Source of the DNA: Nostoc sp.
GTDB taxonomy: Bacteria; Cyanobacteriota; Cyanobacteriia; Cyanobacteriales; Nostocaceae
Reading direction: 5' to 3'
Assembly (NCBI GenBank): GCA_036918135.1
Contig: JBALDB010000006.1
Span: 94,158-158,157 of the forward strand
Length of the DNA stretch: 64,000 bases
Position 1 is the stretch's first letter; each line of letters starts with the position of its first letter. The notes beneath the pieces were generated by a model, which was given only the letters and a program-made list of their open reading frames with translations, did no database searches and had not been told where the DNA came from. The position numbers were made by a program, and so were the translations under genes. Below are positions 23,067 through 33,773 of the stretch, in pieces.

Positions 23067-23698
23067 CTAGAAAATAACAGTTGATTATATTCAAAAGCAT
23101 GTATTAAAATCTTTAAATCTTATCATAAATAAAAAGAGAATTTTCTCATAGTACGAATAATTAAAAATTAAAAATAAATATTAATTTCATCTATCTTTAA
23201 TTTTCTAAGTTTTAACTTTTTCATACGTTTTTATCAAATTTCTCCAAAGTTCTGTTCGCCCTTGGCGTTAGTGTACTCAGTGAAGCAAGGTAGCAAGACC
23301 GTCTGATAGAGAAGTCAGACGCTGTGCGAATATAGATTTGGCTTAGCTACGCTATCATCGAAAACAGGCACTGGTGACTTCTATGTAAATTTATAGGGAT
23401 TATCTTTTTACTTTTTACTTTTTAATATTCTCCTTACTTAAAAGATGCTTGAAAAGTCCTTAGTGATGTATCAAACACATTCATAACCTACCTAAATTAT
23501 CCTTAAATAAGGCGGACTTTGAGAATGTTATTTCCTCCTTATTTAGGGGAGATTAGGGAAATATTGATATAACCTGAGACTCTACAAATATTCTCTAGTA
23601 AAAGCAAATAAAAAATTTTAAAAAATATTAAGCAGTTACTCTAGATGCATTTTTGGGAACTCTATAACTGTAGTTATAAAATTGTGTATTTAAAATCT

Positions 23699-24241
23699 AT
23701 GACAAATTCCCTTAACCGTTCAACCAGTACGCTTAATCTTTCTTTAGAACGGGATATATTTTTACGTACATTAATCAGAGAACTATCTGGTACTTTGCAG
23801 GATGTAGTTGGTATAGAAGAAGCCTCTGGTTTTATTAGTGTAGTTGGAGAAAGAATGGGTAGGCAGATTAACCAAGATTACAAATCTGCCCTGGAAGTCT
23901 CAAATCTTTCTCGTAAGCAGGTAGCAGATGTTTTAGTTGATTTAAAAAGACGAATTCAAGGCAATTTTTATATTATCGAGCAGGATGATGAAAAAATTGT
24001 TTTTGGCAACAGCGTTTGCCCATTTGGCGAAAAAGTGCTTAATCGCCCTGCGATGTGCATGATGACTTCAAATGTTTTTGGAACGATCGCAGCTAATAAT
24101 CTAGGGTATGCGAAAGTAGAATTGCAAGATACCATAGCAAACGGTGCTTCTGGATGCAGAGTTATTGTTTACTTAAAACTTACTCAAGAGGCAGAAGATG
24201 CAGAAGGTCGAGAATACTATAGGGGACTAGAATCTGGGTAA
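23699..24241 (+). CDS. Methanogen output domain 1 (MetOD1)/V4R-like stand-alone protein
   Basis: [48 protein letters not shown]ys pattern; probable ATG at 23699. Confidence 0.8.
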   Translation: MTNSLNRSTSTLNLSLERDIFLRTLIRELSGTLQDVVGIEEASGFISVVGERMGRQINQDYKSALEVSNLSRKQVADVLVDLKRRIQGNFYIIEQDDEKIVFGNSVCPFGEKVLNRPAMCMMTSNVFGTIAANNLGYAKVELQDTIANGASGCRVIVYLKLTQEAEDAEGREYYRGLESG

Positions 24242-24324
24242 ACTCTTCAACACTAAAGGAACTCCAAAATACTAGCCCTGATGCAGATTACTAAAGTATA
24301 GTCTAACCGGAAATTGTCAGCCCC

Positions 24325-25689
24325 ATGACTCCTGAACAATTTATTGAATTTGCCAGAGTTTTACCAGAACCTTTACTCCTGGTGAATGGTGAAGGTCAGG
24401 TGTTAGCTACCAATCAACCAGTAGCAGATATGCTGAGATTACGCCGTCAGGAACTGCGAGGAAAAACGCTCTTTGAGCTGGTAACTGAGTCTGCCAACGA
24501 TATTATAAAGTACCTGCAAGCTTGTTCTACTAGCAGAGCAATGACTTTAGGTTCTTTAACTTTACGTACAAATGATGGGCATACATTAATATGCCGCACT
24601 CAAGGAGCAGTTATTCAACCTTGGTCTCCTGAATCTTCAGCTTTAATTCTTCTACGCTTGGAAAATAGAACTGTAGCCAGTAATAATTTCGTCCTTTTAA
24701 ATGAGAAAATCGATGAGTTAGCAAAAGAAGTTCAAAAACGCAAACAGGCGGAATTAGAACTCCAGAAAGCGAATGAAGAATTAGAAATTCGGGTTGAGGA
24801 ACGTACAACTGCTTTACAAGAAACACTAAACGAACTACAACTTACTCAAACTCAGCTTATCCAAGCTGAAAAAATGTCTAGTTTAGGTCAGATGGTCGCT
24901 GGTATTGCTCATGAAGTTAATAACCCTGTTAGTTTTATTTATGGTAACCTTCATCACGCCCATAAATACACTCAAGATTTACTGAGATTGTTGGAAATTT
25001 ATCAACAAATTTTTCCAAATCCTCCTCTAGAACTTGAAAAAGAAATAGAAGAAATAGACTTGGATTTTTTGATTCAAGACATAACTAAACTCTTCGATTC
25101 AATGACGGTAGGAGTACACCGCATTCAAGAAATTGTTAAATCATTGCGAAATTTTTCCAGACTAGATGAAGCCGAACTTAAGCAAGTAAATATTCATGAG
25201 GGAATTGATAGTACTTTAATGATTTTGGAGCATCGTCTGCAAGCTAAACATGAGTGCCCAGAAATCAAAGTCATTAAAAAATATGGGCAACTGCCCAATG
25301 TAACTTGCTACCCAGGCCAACTCAATCAAGTGTTTATGAATATTTTGGCAAATGCCATCGATGCACTGGAAAAGTCGGCACTCAGTGGTCGGTGGTCAAC
25401 AGACAATTCAAAAACAACTAATAATCCCCAAATTCAAATTACAACTGAAGTAATCGATGAAAACTGGATAATGGTTACTATTACTGATAATGGTTTGGGA
25501 ATTAACCAAGAAGTTCGCTCAAAGCTATTCGACCCATTTTTCACTACTAAACCCGTGGGCAAAGGTACTGGGCTAGGTCTATCTATAAGCTATCAGATTA
25601 TAGTGGAGAAACATGGGGGACAACTTAGCTGTTTTTCTAGTCCAGGAAATGGTGCAGAATTTGTAATTAAGATACCTGTTAACTCGTAG
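24325..25689 (+). CDS. PAS-domain sensor histidine kinase
   Basis: N-terminal PAS ([18 protein letters not shown]), coiled coil, AHEVNNP, HATPase. Confidence 0.92.
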   Translation: MTPEQFIEFARVLPEPLLLVNGEGQVLATNQPVADMLRLRRQELRGKTLFELVTESANDIIKYLQACSTSRAMTLGSLTLRTNDGHTLICRTQGAVIQPWSPESSALILLRLENRTVASNNFVLLNEKIDELAKEVQKRKQAELELQKANEELEIRVEERTTALQETLNELQLTQTQLIQAEKMSSLGQMVAGIAHEVNNPVSFIYGNLHHAHKYTQDLLRLLEIYQQIFPNPPLELEKEIEEIDLDFLIQDITKLFDSMTVGVHRIQEIVKSLRNFSRLDEAELKQVNIHEGIDSTLMILEHRLQAKHECPEIKVIKKYGQLPNVTCYPGQLNQVFMNILANAIDALEKSALSGRWSTDNSKTTNNPQIQITTEVIDENWIMVTITDNGLGINQEVRSKLFDPFFTTKPVGKGTGLGLSISYQIIVEKHGGQLSCFSSPGNGAEFVIKIPVNS

Positions 25690-25841
25690 GATTTAGGATT
25701 GGGAATAGTGGTTTGCTAAAAAACTTTGGGTGGTTAAAAATTATCCGTGTCTGTGTAAGAGCGTCTTTGTATTAGTTTCAACCTGGCAATTCTTAGTTGA
25801 GTAATTACGTTGCTGAATCTCGGTTTAGTGAATTTAACTTT

Positions 25842-25874
25842 AAAAACGCCTGCTTGCTAATTAGCAAACAGGCG
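25842..25874 (-). terminator. Rho-independent terminator downstream of ndhB
   Basis: CGCCTG.TTGCTAA/TTAGCAA.CAGGCG inverted repeat followed by a U-tract on the minus strand. Confidence 0.7.
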
Positions 25875-25913
25875 CTTCTTTAATAGCACAAAGTTCTATT
25901 GAGATTCAGAAGA

Positions 25914-27518
25914 TTAAATCTTAGCATTAGAATCAACTGAAGGTTGAGACTGACTCACTGAATCTAACTTTGGCAAAAGTGGTAGATTTTGTGCTTGTAC
26001 ACCGCTATTGATTGTTGCTTGCAAAATAGCAGTATGGGAGATGGAATGGTTAGCCAATGTAAATAGTGGATTTGACAAAATCCCGGCGATGGAAGTGGCG
26101 ATTAAAGTGACCAGTAAGCCGACTTGCAAAGGTCTAAATCCAGGCAAATTCCAACGTACTGGGGGATAGTTCTGCACTGCTTCAGACATTTCATGGGGTT
26201 CCTTGACTACCATCATCTTGACTACGCGAATGTAGTAGTAGATGGAGACAACACTGGTAACTAAGCCCAGCAAGACTAGCCCATAAAGACCTGCTTGCCA
26301 ACCAGCCCAAAACAAGTAAATTTTGCCAAAAAACCCAGCTAATGGGGGAATACCACCCAAGGAAAGCAGGGAGATACTCAACCCCAGTGTTAGGAGTGGA
26401 TCTTTTTGATATAGTCCTGAGTATTCGGCAATCTGGTCGGTTCCTGTCCGCAAGGAGAAAAGAATAATGCAGGTAAAGCCGCACAGATTCATGAACAGGT
26501 AGACCAGCAGGTAAAATATCATACTAGCGTATCCTGCCTGTGTACCAGCAATTAAGCCAATCATCACAAACCCAGCTTGGGCAATGGATGAATAAGCTAG
26601 CATCCGTTTCATGCTAGTTTGGGCTAGGGCAACTACGTTACCCAAGATCATACTGAGAACAGCCAGAGCAGTGAAAACAAACTTCCACTCGTCAGCAACA
26701 AGGGGGAAGGCTGTTGTCAGCAAGCGGATAGCTAGAGCAAAGCCAGCTGCTTTGGAACCTACAGATAAAAAGGCGATTACCGGGGTGGGAGCGCCTTCAT
26801 AAACGTCTGGTGTCCACTGGTGGAAGGGTGCGGCGGAGATTTTAAAGCCAATACCTGCGATCGCAAAAACTAGCGCAATTACTAAACCTAAAGATTGACC
26901 AACATTAGCTGTGGCAATACCATCGGCGATCGCATTTAGTTGTGTTTGTCCACCTGATAATCCATACAGCAATGATACACCGTACAAAAATACTGCTGTA
27001 CTCGAAGCTCCAATTAACAGGTATTTCAGCGCCGCTTCGTTAGAGCGGGGGTCACGCTTAGTATAACCTGTTAACAAGTAAGAGGAGATACTCAGGGTTT
27101 CTAGGGAGATGAAAATCATCACTAACTCGCTAGCCCCGGATAAAAACATCCCTCCAAGGGTGGCAGTCAGCAAAATAGCGATGAATTCTGCTAGAGCGGT
27201 GCCACTCTGCTCGATGTAGCGAATTGACATCAATATAGTAAAAGCGGCAGACAACGCTATAATACCGCGAAAGACGATACTGAGGTTGTCACTGTTAAAG
27301 CCACCACTAAAAGACATGGGATTGAGAGCATCCCATTGAAAATACAGGGCGACAATCGAAGCCAGCAAACCTGCGATCGCTAGATATCCAATCGAGCGCG
27401 CGGATGTACGCCCCAAAATCAAATCAACTATCAAAACCCCCAAGAGGGTGAGAATTACAATTCCCTCTGGTAAAATTGTTCCAGCATTTAACTGGGATGC
27501 AAGATTAGCAAAATCCAT
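25914..27518 (-). CDS. ndhB: NAD(P)H-quinone oxidoreductase subunit 2 (NdhB/NuoN)
   Basis: [43 protein letters not shown]. Confidence 0.97.
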   Translation of the reverse strand: MDFANLASQLNAGTILPEGIVILTLLGVLIVDLILGRTSARSIGYLAIAGLLASIVALYFQWDALNPMSFSGGFNSDNLSIVFRGIIALSAAFTILMSIRYIEQSGTALAEFIAILLTATLGGMFLSGASELVMIFISLETLSISSYLLTGYTKRDPRSNEAALKYLLIGASSTAVFLYGVSLLYGLSGGQTQLNAIADGIATANVGQSLGLVIALVFAIAGIGFKISAAPFHQWTPDVYEGAPTPVIAFLSVGSKAAGFALAIRLLTTAFPLVADEWKFVFTALAVLSMILGNVVALAQTSMKRMLAYSSIAQAGFVMIGLIAGTQAGYASMIFYLLVYLFMNLCGFTCIILFSLRTGTDQIAEYSGLYQKDPLLTLGLSISLLSLGGIPPLAGFFGKIYLFWAGWQAGLYGLVLLGLVTSVVSIYYYIRVVKMMVVKEPHEMSEAVQNYPPVRWNLPGFRPLQVGLLVTLIATSIAGILSNPLFTLANHSISHTAILQATINSGVQAQNLPLLPKLDSVSQSQPSVDSNAKI

Positions 27519-28071
27519 GAGATGTATAGGTTTTGGCGATTAGACATTAAGGCTAACTCTGTTCACTCTAGCAAGTTTTCAACTCGCGAACTAATTCTTT
27601 AAGCAACAATTTCACTGCTTTGGCTGATATTCGCGATCGAACTAACTTAACGGGTTTGCCAGATGCTTTCTCACCATCTAAATAATTCACCCAACACTTT
27701 GCCTATCTTGTTTTTCGGACGCGACTTTCTCGGCTCAATGCCGCTAAAAACCTACTGCCATATTATAATTTGATCGCAGAAGGCTGAACCACTGACTACT
27801 TTTGACTGAGAAATATCAGCCGATGCTTCCATCAATGGAGCTAAGCGTAGTATCTCTGACAGCAAAAATGGGAACGCACAAAAGTAGAAACGCTCCCATT
27901 TTACCTATAAAAATTTTTACATAGTCAAGCACGACACCGTAATCAAGTAGGCGATCGCTACTACATCTTTCGATTATCAAACATTAGTCTATAGTGGCAT
28001 AATATCACTAATTACACAGACTACTAAGGCGCTTATACTAATGTTTGGATGCAGACACCTTAAAACTTAGG

Positions 28072-28317
28072 TTACATCTTACCGTGTTGCATCACTTCTT
28101 GTAGATGGTGGCGAAGCTCTTTAGCTTGCTCAAGATCGGATTGCCGCAATTTTTGAAATAACTGTACACAAGGCTGGGAACCTGCTTGCTCTGCATCTTT
28201 TATGTAAGTTTCGTAAGCTTTAATTGCTTCAGCCTTGTTGTGTAACACGGTGAGAAAATCATACTCCAAGTTGCTAATTGGTTCTTGAGACTGTCCGTTA
28301 CTTGTATTTTCAACCAT
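28072..28317 (-). CDS. Small helical protein, ferritin-like half-domain
   Basis: ISNLEYDFLTVLHNKAEAIKAYETYIKDAE...C..LF..L helix-pair pattern; AGAGGG upstream of the start. Confidence 0.75.
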   Translation of the reverse strand: MVENTSNGQSQEPISNLEYDFLTVLHNKAEAIKAYETYIKDAEQAGSQPCVQLFQKLRQSDLEQAKELRHHLQEVMQHGKM

Positions 28318-28600
28318 TGTTTGACCCTCTTGTAGGATTGTTAATTAACTTATACTCACGTTAAAACAGCAATTCATCTTCCAAAAAGGGTATAGTTCAA
28401 TACGTCGGAAGTACCTTGCAAAAGTCGGTTATATAGCTAATGACTAGTCGGCTGTTTGATTAATTTTTTGTTAAATGTCTTAACTGTCTTATTGAATTAA
28501 ATTTAAAGTTGCTGAATGCGTCAGCAAAATTCTTACTCAATTTATTATGTTTAGTGCTGGCGATCGCCCGTAATTAATTATTTATTCTCTTATCATAATT

Positions 28601-29143
28601 ATGAATTTCTGTTTATTTATTATTGATATTCAAAATGGTTTTATAGCTGAAAATACAAGTTACATTGTACAAAGAATCAAGTATTTGTTAGAGCAAAATT
28701 TCTTTAAATATGTAGTATTCACTAAATTTATCAATACCCTTAATAGCCCTTATGTAAAATATTTAAATTGGCATCAACTTTTGGATGAAACAGAGCAAGA
28801 ACTTGTAGAAGGTATTAAACCATTTGTAAAAGTAATTTTTGATAAAACTGTATATACTGCTTGCAATGAAGAAACTCTAATATTTCTTAAACAAAGAAAT
28901 ATTCAAACAGTGTTTATTTGTGGAGTTGATACAGAAGGTTGTGTATTGAAAACTGCTATTGACTTTTTTGAAAACAATATTATTCCTTATGTTCTAACGT
29001 ATTACTCAGCATCAAATGGAGGTGATATTTACCATCAAGCAGCAATTTTAGTTTTAAGTCAACTAATTGGAATCAGCAATATTATAACTGAACCTATAGA
29101 TAGAGATAAATTAAATAAATACTTAGAAAAATTTCCACTTTGA
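28601..29143 (+). CDS. Isochorismatase-family cysteine hydrolase
   Basis: IIDIQNGF, K..Y, GVDTEGCV catalytic Asp-Lys-Cys pattern. Confidence 0.88.
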   Translation: MNFCLFIIDIQNGFIAENTSYIVQRIKYLLEQNFFKYVVFTKFINTLNSPYVKYLNWHQLLDETEQELVEGIKPFVKVIFDKTVYTACNEETLIFLKQRNIQTVFICGVDTEGCVLKTAIDFFENNIIPYVLTYYSASNGGDIYHQAAILVLSQLIGISNIITEPIDRDKLNKYLEKFPL

Positions 29144-29283
29144 ATAATCCGATTAACCCTAGAGATTCTCAATCCTAGCCTCAAGGAAAGGAGCTGGGGT
29201 ATTAAAAAGTAAAAAGGCATTATTGCTACTTTTGCCTTTTATCTTTTAATTTCTTACTCCCCTACTCCTTTGTTGATAAAAGC

Positions 29284-29832
29284 TTATCCAAGAGGTTGAT
29301 TTTCCTCACATTGACGTGAATACTGTAATTCCAGATCCCTTTGTCCTTCCCTACCTCCTTTATAAGCAATAGGACATAATTTAGTGTTAGCACTTATACA
29401 ATCCATATGTGGTGTTTTAGCACAGACTACTAGTAAGCAACCTAAAATAAACAATAAGCCACAAATCGCAGCTGTCTGAAAGGGAGAAATTTCTAGCGCT
29501 CCATGAACTACTACCTCTCGCAGAACAGAAACAATTGTTACCTCAACTGCAACTCCCACAGAAATACTATGTTCTTGTAAGTAGACCATTAATAGTCTAA
29601 ATAACTCGACTAAAATCAACACAAATAGTATTTTTGCAGTCACATGTTTATAGTCTAGTGGCTGCGTGAGGGCAATAACTATCCCCCATAATTGGATCAG
29701 CATCACGGCGAACAAACCCAAACACAAGACAATCACAATTAAGTCTTGGAAAGCTTCCATGTTGCGAACAATTGAGTGGCGATCTAGCCAGCGATCGCAA
29801 AATAAAAATCGACTCTTTAGGCGCTTTTGCAT
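29284..29832 (-). CDS. Phosphate-starvation-inducible PsiE family membrane protein
   Basis: Four hydrophobic segments, LILVELFRLL..YL.E and IVSVLREVV. Confidence 0.8.
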   Translation of the reverse strand: MQKRLKSRFLFCDRWLDRHSIVRNMEAFQDLIVIVLCLGLFAVMLIQLWGIVIALTQPLDYKHVTAKILFVLILVELFRLLMVYLQEHSISVGVAVEVTIVSVLREVVVHGALEISPFQTAAICGLLFILGCLLVVCAKTPHMDCISANTKLCPIAYKGGREGQRDLELQYSRQCEENQPLG

Positions 29833-30021
29833 GTACGTTTCATTCCAATCGGGACAACTTCAGACAACACCAGCGAGTCAACCCAATAATTTTATGTTAC
29901 GCAATATTAAGCTTTTCTGCCTCAGAGAGTCTAATAATTTATCAGTTATCAGTGAACTTGGACATTGATAATTAGCTTTAGACAAATGCCAAATGACTAA
30001 TGACTAATGACTAATAACTAT

Positions 30022-30969
30022 TTATCGATTTAAATTTTGTGCTTGTTGCAACAATTGCGTGGCATTTTTTGCCCATTGAGAATTTCCCTGAGCAGTGTAT
30101 AAATCTCTGGCAAATTGCAATACTTGTACTGCATCGCTATATTTTTGTAACTGCATAAAAACTAACCCAGCGCCGTAATAAGCGTTGGGATAGTTTGAGT
30201 TAGCTTCGGCTGATTTTCTAAAAGCTTCTAACGCTTCTTGTAATTGGCGTTGATTAAACAAAATTGAACCAATATTATAGTAAGCTTCTGGATATTTAGG
30301 ATTAATTTTTACTGCTTGATTAAAAGCATCTCTAGCTCGACTGATTTTGCCTTGTTGCAGATAACACATTCCAATATGGTAAGGAGGTTCGGGTGCATTT
30401 TTGCTATATTCTATGGCTTTTTTAAAAGATGCGATCGCCCGGTCGCAATCTCGTTGCTGTTCTCGTAGCAACCCTAAGTTATAGTGGGCAAATCCTAGTT
30501 TGGGATCGAGTTCTAACGCACGTTGCAAGTAATCGTTAGCTAACTCTAAATTATTGCCTTCTAATAAGGTACCGCCTAGATTAGCAAAAGCTGGAGCAAA
30601 CTTCGGATCGGCTTGTGTGGCTCGATAAAATGCATCCGCAGAGGGTTGTAATTGTCCTGCTTGTCGTAATGCTAGCCCTAAATTATAGTGGGCTGCTGCT
30701 AATGTCGGATCTAATTGACTTGCTTGTTTAAAGGCAGCGATCGCATCTTGTACTCTTCCGGTCTGAATTGCCTGTAACCCTTGATTTAACTTGTCTATAG
30801 CAGTTTGGGTATTAGATTGTGCCAGTAAAAGGGGAGGTGAGGGGAAGCGGGGACGCAAAGATGAGGAAGATGAGGGTGAGAAGAAGCTACCCACTAATAT
30901 TAAACTTATTAAAGTTGCTATGGGATATTTATATAGTGATAATCTCATAGATTTTCTAAATCGCGACAA
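30022..30969 (-). CDS. Tetratricopeptide repeat protein with N-terminal signal/TM segment
   Basis: Repeated AHYNLG/AYYNIG 34-aa units; start uncertain. Confidence 0.9.
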   Translation of the reverse strand: MSRFRKSMRLSLYKYPIATLISLILVGSFFSPSSSSSLRPRFPSPPLLLAQSNTQTAIDKLNQGLQAIQTGRVQDAIAAFKQASQLDPTLAAAHYNLGLALRQAGQLQPSADAFYRATQADPKFAPAFANLGGTLLEGNNLELANDYLQRALELDPKLGFAHYNLGLLREQQRDCDRAIASFKKAIEYSKNAPEPPYHIGMCYLQQGKISRARDAFNQAVKINPKYPEAYYNIGSILFNQRQLQEALEAFRKSAEANSNYPNAYYGAGLVFMQLQKYSDAVQVLQFARDLYTAQGNSQWAKNATQLLQQAQNLNR

Positions 30970-31229
30970 TTTTCAGTCAGTTTACCTAACAAAAAGTTTG
31001 GTCAATGCTGAAGTTTTTTACAAAACTTGTTGATTGAGTATTAAACTTTGTGATGCTTAACTTTTCTTAAGCTAAATCTTACGACAGGCTACAATTTTTT
31101 GAACTTGAGATTAAAGGTAGGATAATAACAAATTAAAGAAGGGGTAATTTTGACTCCAGAGAACCATTTTTTATCCCTGATATACATAGCGTAATGCGGT
31201 TGTGAATGAATTACCGCAAGGGAGGTTTT

Positions 31230-33278
31230 ATGAACGAAAAAGTAAAATCAGGTTCGCGGAACGTTGCAATTGTCGGTCCTTATTTAAGTGGAAAAACCAC
31301 TTTACTAGAAAGTTTGTTATTTGTCACAGGGGCAATTTCTCGCAAAGGAAGTATTAAAGACAGCAATACAGTAGGAGATAGTGCTGCTGAGTCGCGCGAT
31401 CGCCACATGAGTGTAGAAGTCAGCGCTGCTAGCACTGAGTATAACGGTACTCGTTTCACTTTTGTTGATTGTCCGGGAAGCGTAGAATTTGCCCAAGAAA
31501 CTTACAATGCTTTAATCGGAGTTGATGCCGCAATTGTAGTTTGCGAACCGATACGCGATCGCGTCCTCACCCTTGCTCCTCTATTTAAATTCTTGGACGA
31601 TTGGGAAATTCCCCACATCGTTTTCGTCAACAAAATGGATCGAGCAAATATTCATGTCCTCGAAACATTACACGCCCTGAAAGCAGTTTCCAGCCGTCCT
31701 TTAGTAGCGCATCAATATCCCATCATGCAAGGGGAACAACTCACCGGCTTTATTGATATGGTGAGCGAACAAGCATATCAATATCATCCCGGCGCACCTG
31801 CTGACCCCATCCCCTTCCCCGAAAGCTTAAAACAAGAAGAACATACAGCACGGGCAGAAATGCTCGAAGCCCTAGCAAATTTTGACGACCACTTACTCGA
31901 AGAACTTTTAGAAGACATTGAGCCACCCCAAGAGGAAATCCTTCTCGATTTAAAAATGGAATTAGGGGCAGATTTAGTAGTCCCTGTTTTCTTTGGTGTC
32001 GCAGAACAAGATTATGGAGTTAGACCTTTAATAGAAGCCTTATTACGGGAAGCGCCCGAACCAGAAACCACAGCAGAACGGCGCTTAAAAAACATCAAAG
32101 GCAATACACCTATAGCCCAGGTACTCAAAACTTATTACACTCCCCAAGGTGGCAAACTCTCCCTCGTGCGGGTTTGGCGGGGCAAATTAACTGATGGTCT
32201 TGTCCTCAATGGCGTTCGCACTGGTGGAATTTACCACCTGATGGGACAACAACAGCAATCAGTTAATGAAGTTGCTGCTGGTGAAATTGTTGCCTTGAGT
32301 CGTTTAGAAGGAATCAAAACAGGGGATACAATCTCCACAGAACAGTCCTCAGCGATGCAATTACCCAAAGCTGAACAGTTAGAACCTGTGTATGCCCTGG
32401 CTATTACACCAGAAAAGCGCAACGATGAAGTTAAGCTTAGCGGTGCCATTACTAAGCTATTAGAAGAAGATTGTTCGCTTGCTTGGGAACAACACGGCGA
32501 CACCCACGAAGTTATCCTCTGGGGTCAAGGCGAAATTCATCTGCAAGTTGCCTTAGATAGACTGCGCCGCAAATATAACTTGCCAATGACAACGCACTTA
32601 CCGCAAGTGCCTTACAAAGAAACCATCCGCAAAACGGTGGCTTCCGTTCACGGACGATACAAACACCAAAGCGGTGGTCACGGTCAATTTGGTGATGTTT
32701 TTCTGGAAATCAAGCCCTTACCACGCGGTGAAGGATTTAACTTTAATGAAACCATCGTTGGTGGTGTGGTTCCTAGACAGTACATCCCTGGCGTAGAAAT
32801 GGGCGTGCGGGAATTTCTGGCACACGGGCCTCTGGGCTTCCCTGTGGTGGATGTAGCGGTAACTTTGACTAACGGTTCTTACCACACCGTTGATAGTTCC
32901 GAACAAGCCTTTAAGCAAGCCGCCCGATTAGCAATGCAAACGGGAATACCCCAAGCCCAACCCACCTTATTAGAACCAATTCTGCACATACAAGTGACAA
33001 CACCGAGCGAATTTACCTCCAAGGTGTTGCAACTGCTGAGTGGTAGACGCGGGCAAATTTTAGGCTACGAGGGGAGAAATGATTGGCAAAGCTGGGATAA
33101 CGTAGTTGCATACTTGCCACAAGCAGAGATGCAAAACTTTATTGTAGAGTTGCGATCGCTCACTTTAGGCGTTGGTTCCTTCCACTGGGAATACGACCAT
33201 TTGCAGGAAGTACCAGATAAACTTGCCGAACGCGTCTTAGCTAGCAATGGTAACGCTAGTAACGGCAATGGTAAGTAA
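31230..33278 (+). CDS. Elongation factor G paralogue (EF-G2-like)
   Basis: GPYLSGKTT, DCPGS, NKMD, GQGEIHL, KHQSGGHGQFG, domain V; GGAGG RBS before ATG 31230. Confidence 0.92.
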   Translation: MNEKVKSGSRNVAIVGPYLSGKTTLLESLLFVTGAISRKGSIKDSNTVGDSAAESRDRHMSVEVSAASTEYNGTRFTFVDCPGSVEFAQETYNALIGVDAAIVVCEPIRDRVLTLAPLFKFLDDWEIPHIVFVNKMDRANIHVLETLHALKAVSSRPLVAHQYPIMQGEQLTGFIDMVSEQAYQYHPGAPADPIPFPESLKQEEHTARAEMLEALANFDDHLLEELLEDIEPPQEEILLDLKMELGADLVVPVFFGVAEQDYGVRPLIEALLREAPEPETTAERRLKNIKGNTPIAQVLKTYYTPQGGKLSLVRVWRGKLTDGLVLNGVRTGGIYHLMGQQQQSVNEVAAGEIVALSRLEGIKTGDTISTEQSSAMQLPKAEQLEPVYALAITPEKRNDEVKLSGAITKLLEEDCSLAWEQHGDTHEVILWGQGEIHLQVALDRLRRKYNLPMTTHLPQVPYKETIRKTVASVHGRYKHQSGGHGQFGDVFLEIKPLPRGEGFNFNETIVGGVVPRQYIPGVEMGVREFLAHGPLGFPVVDVAVTLTNGSYHTVDSSEQAFKQAARLAMQTGIPQAQPTLLEPILHIQVTTPSEFTSKVLQLLSGRRGQILGYEGRNDWQSWDNVVAYLPQAEMQNFIVELRSLTLGVGSFHWEYDHLQEVPDKLAERVLASNGNASNGNGK

Positions 33279-33298
33279 TTTTAAATTTGTCTAAAATC

Positions 33299-33329
33299 AA
33301 GCCCTGCACTTTTAAATGCAGGGCTTTTT
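33299..33329 (+). terminator. Rho-independent terminator after the EF-G paralogue
   Basis: AAGCCCTGCA...TGCAGGGCTTTTT. Confidence 0.88.
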
Positions 33330-33391
33330 GTTAGTGAATAATGATAAATCTAGTATCTACAAGCTGCGATATTTTTCCTACCAGACCCTAA

Positions 33392-33480
33392 GCCCAGCGT
33401 TGCTTCCCCGAAGGGGTACGGTGAGCTTCTCTACGTACACGCTCCGTGTAGCTTGCTTCTTTGTAGGAGTATGCTAACGC
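33392..33480. repeat. Cluster of small dispersed repeats
   Basis: TTGCTTCCCCGAAGGGGTACG and CTTCTCTACG..CACGCT..GTAGCTTGCTTC resemble 40972-41032. Confidence 0.7.
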
Positions 33481-33773
33481 AAAACTACGAAAATTTCTTG
33501 ATTATTGCCTAGATGTACGGAGCTTTTTCAAAAATTAAATACTAGTCCTATATTTAAATTAGTATTGTTAGTATTTCCACTGAAATTAAATACTCCTTAA
33601 AACTTATTAAAAATTTAAATTTATTGCTCAAAAACTTGAAGATACTCCCTCGTTTCATTTTCATAATATTAGTTAAAAATTTCATGTTTTCATCAAAAAT
33701 TTAAGGAGTTTTTAGACATTATTTTTAAATCTTATATTAGACTGGTTGTTAATTACTTAAATTATTATTAAAA

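Noticed and set aside
23439..23598. Possible degenerate long palindromic repeat upstream of the MetOD1 gene
   Set aside because: Resembles a recalled Nostoc repeat (CCTAAAT..CCTTAAATAAGG..CCTTATTTAGGGG) but there is no clear second copy in the window, so it is not called.
27519..28071. Possible ncRNA or riboswitch upstream of ndhB
   Set aside because: Only short imperfect hairpins (e.g. AAAATGGGA...TCCCATTTT); no recognisable RNA family motif.
28390..28403. NtcA-like GTA-N8-TAC site upstream of the small ferritin-like gene
   Set aside because: The nearest TAN3T box is about 26 nt away rather than about 22, and this 6-bp pattern is expected many times by chance in 64 kb.
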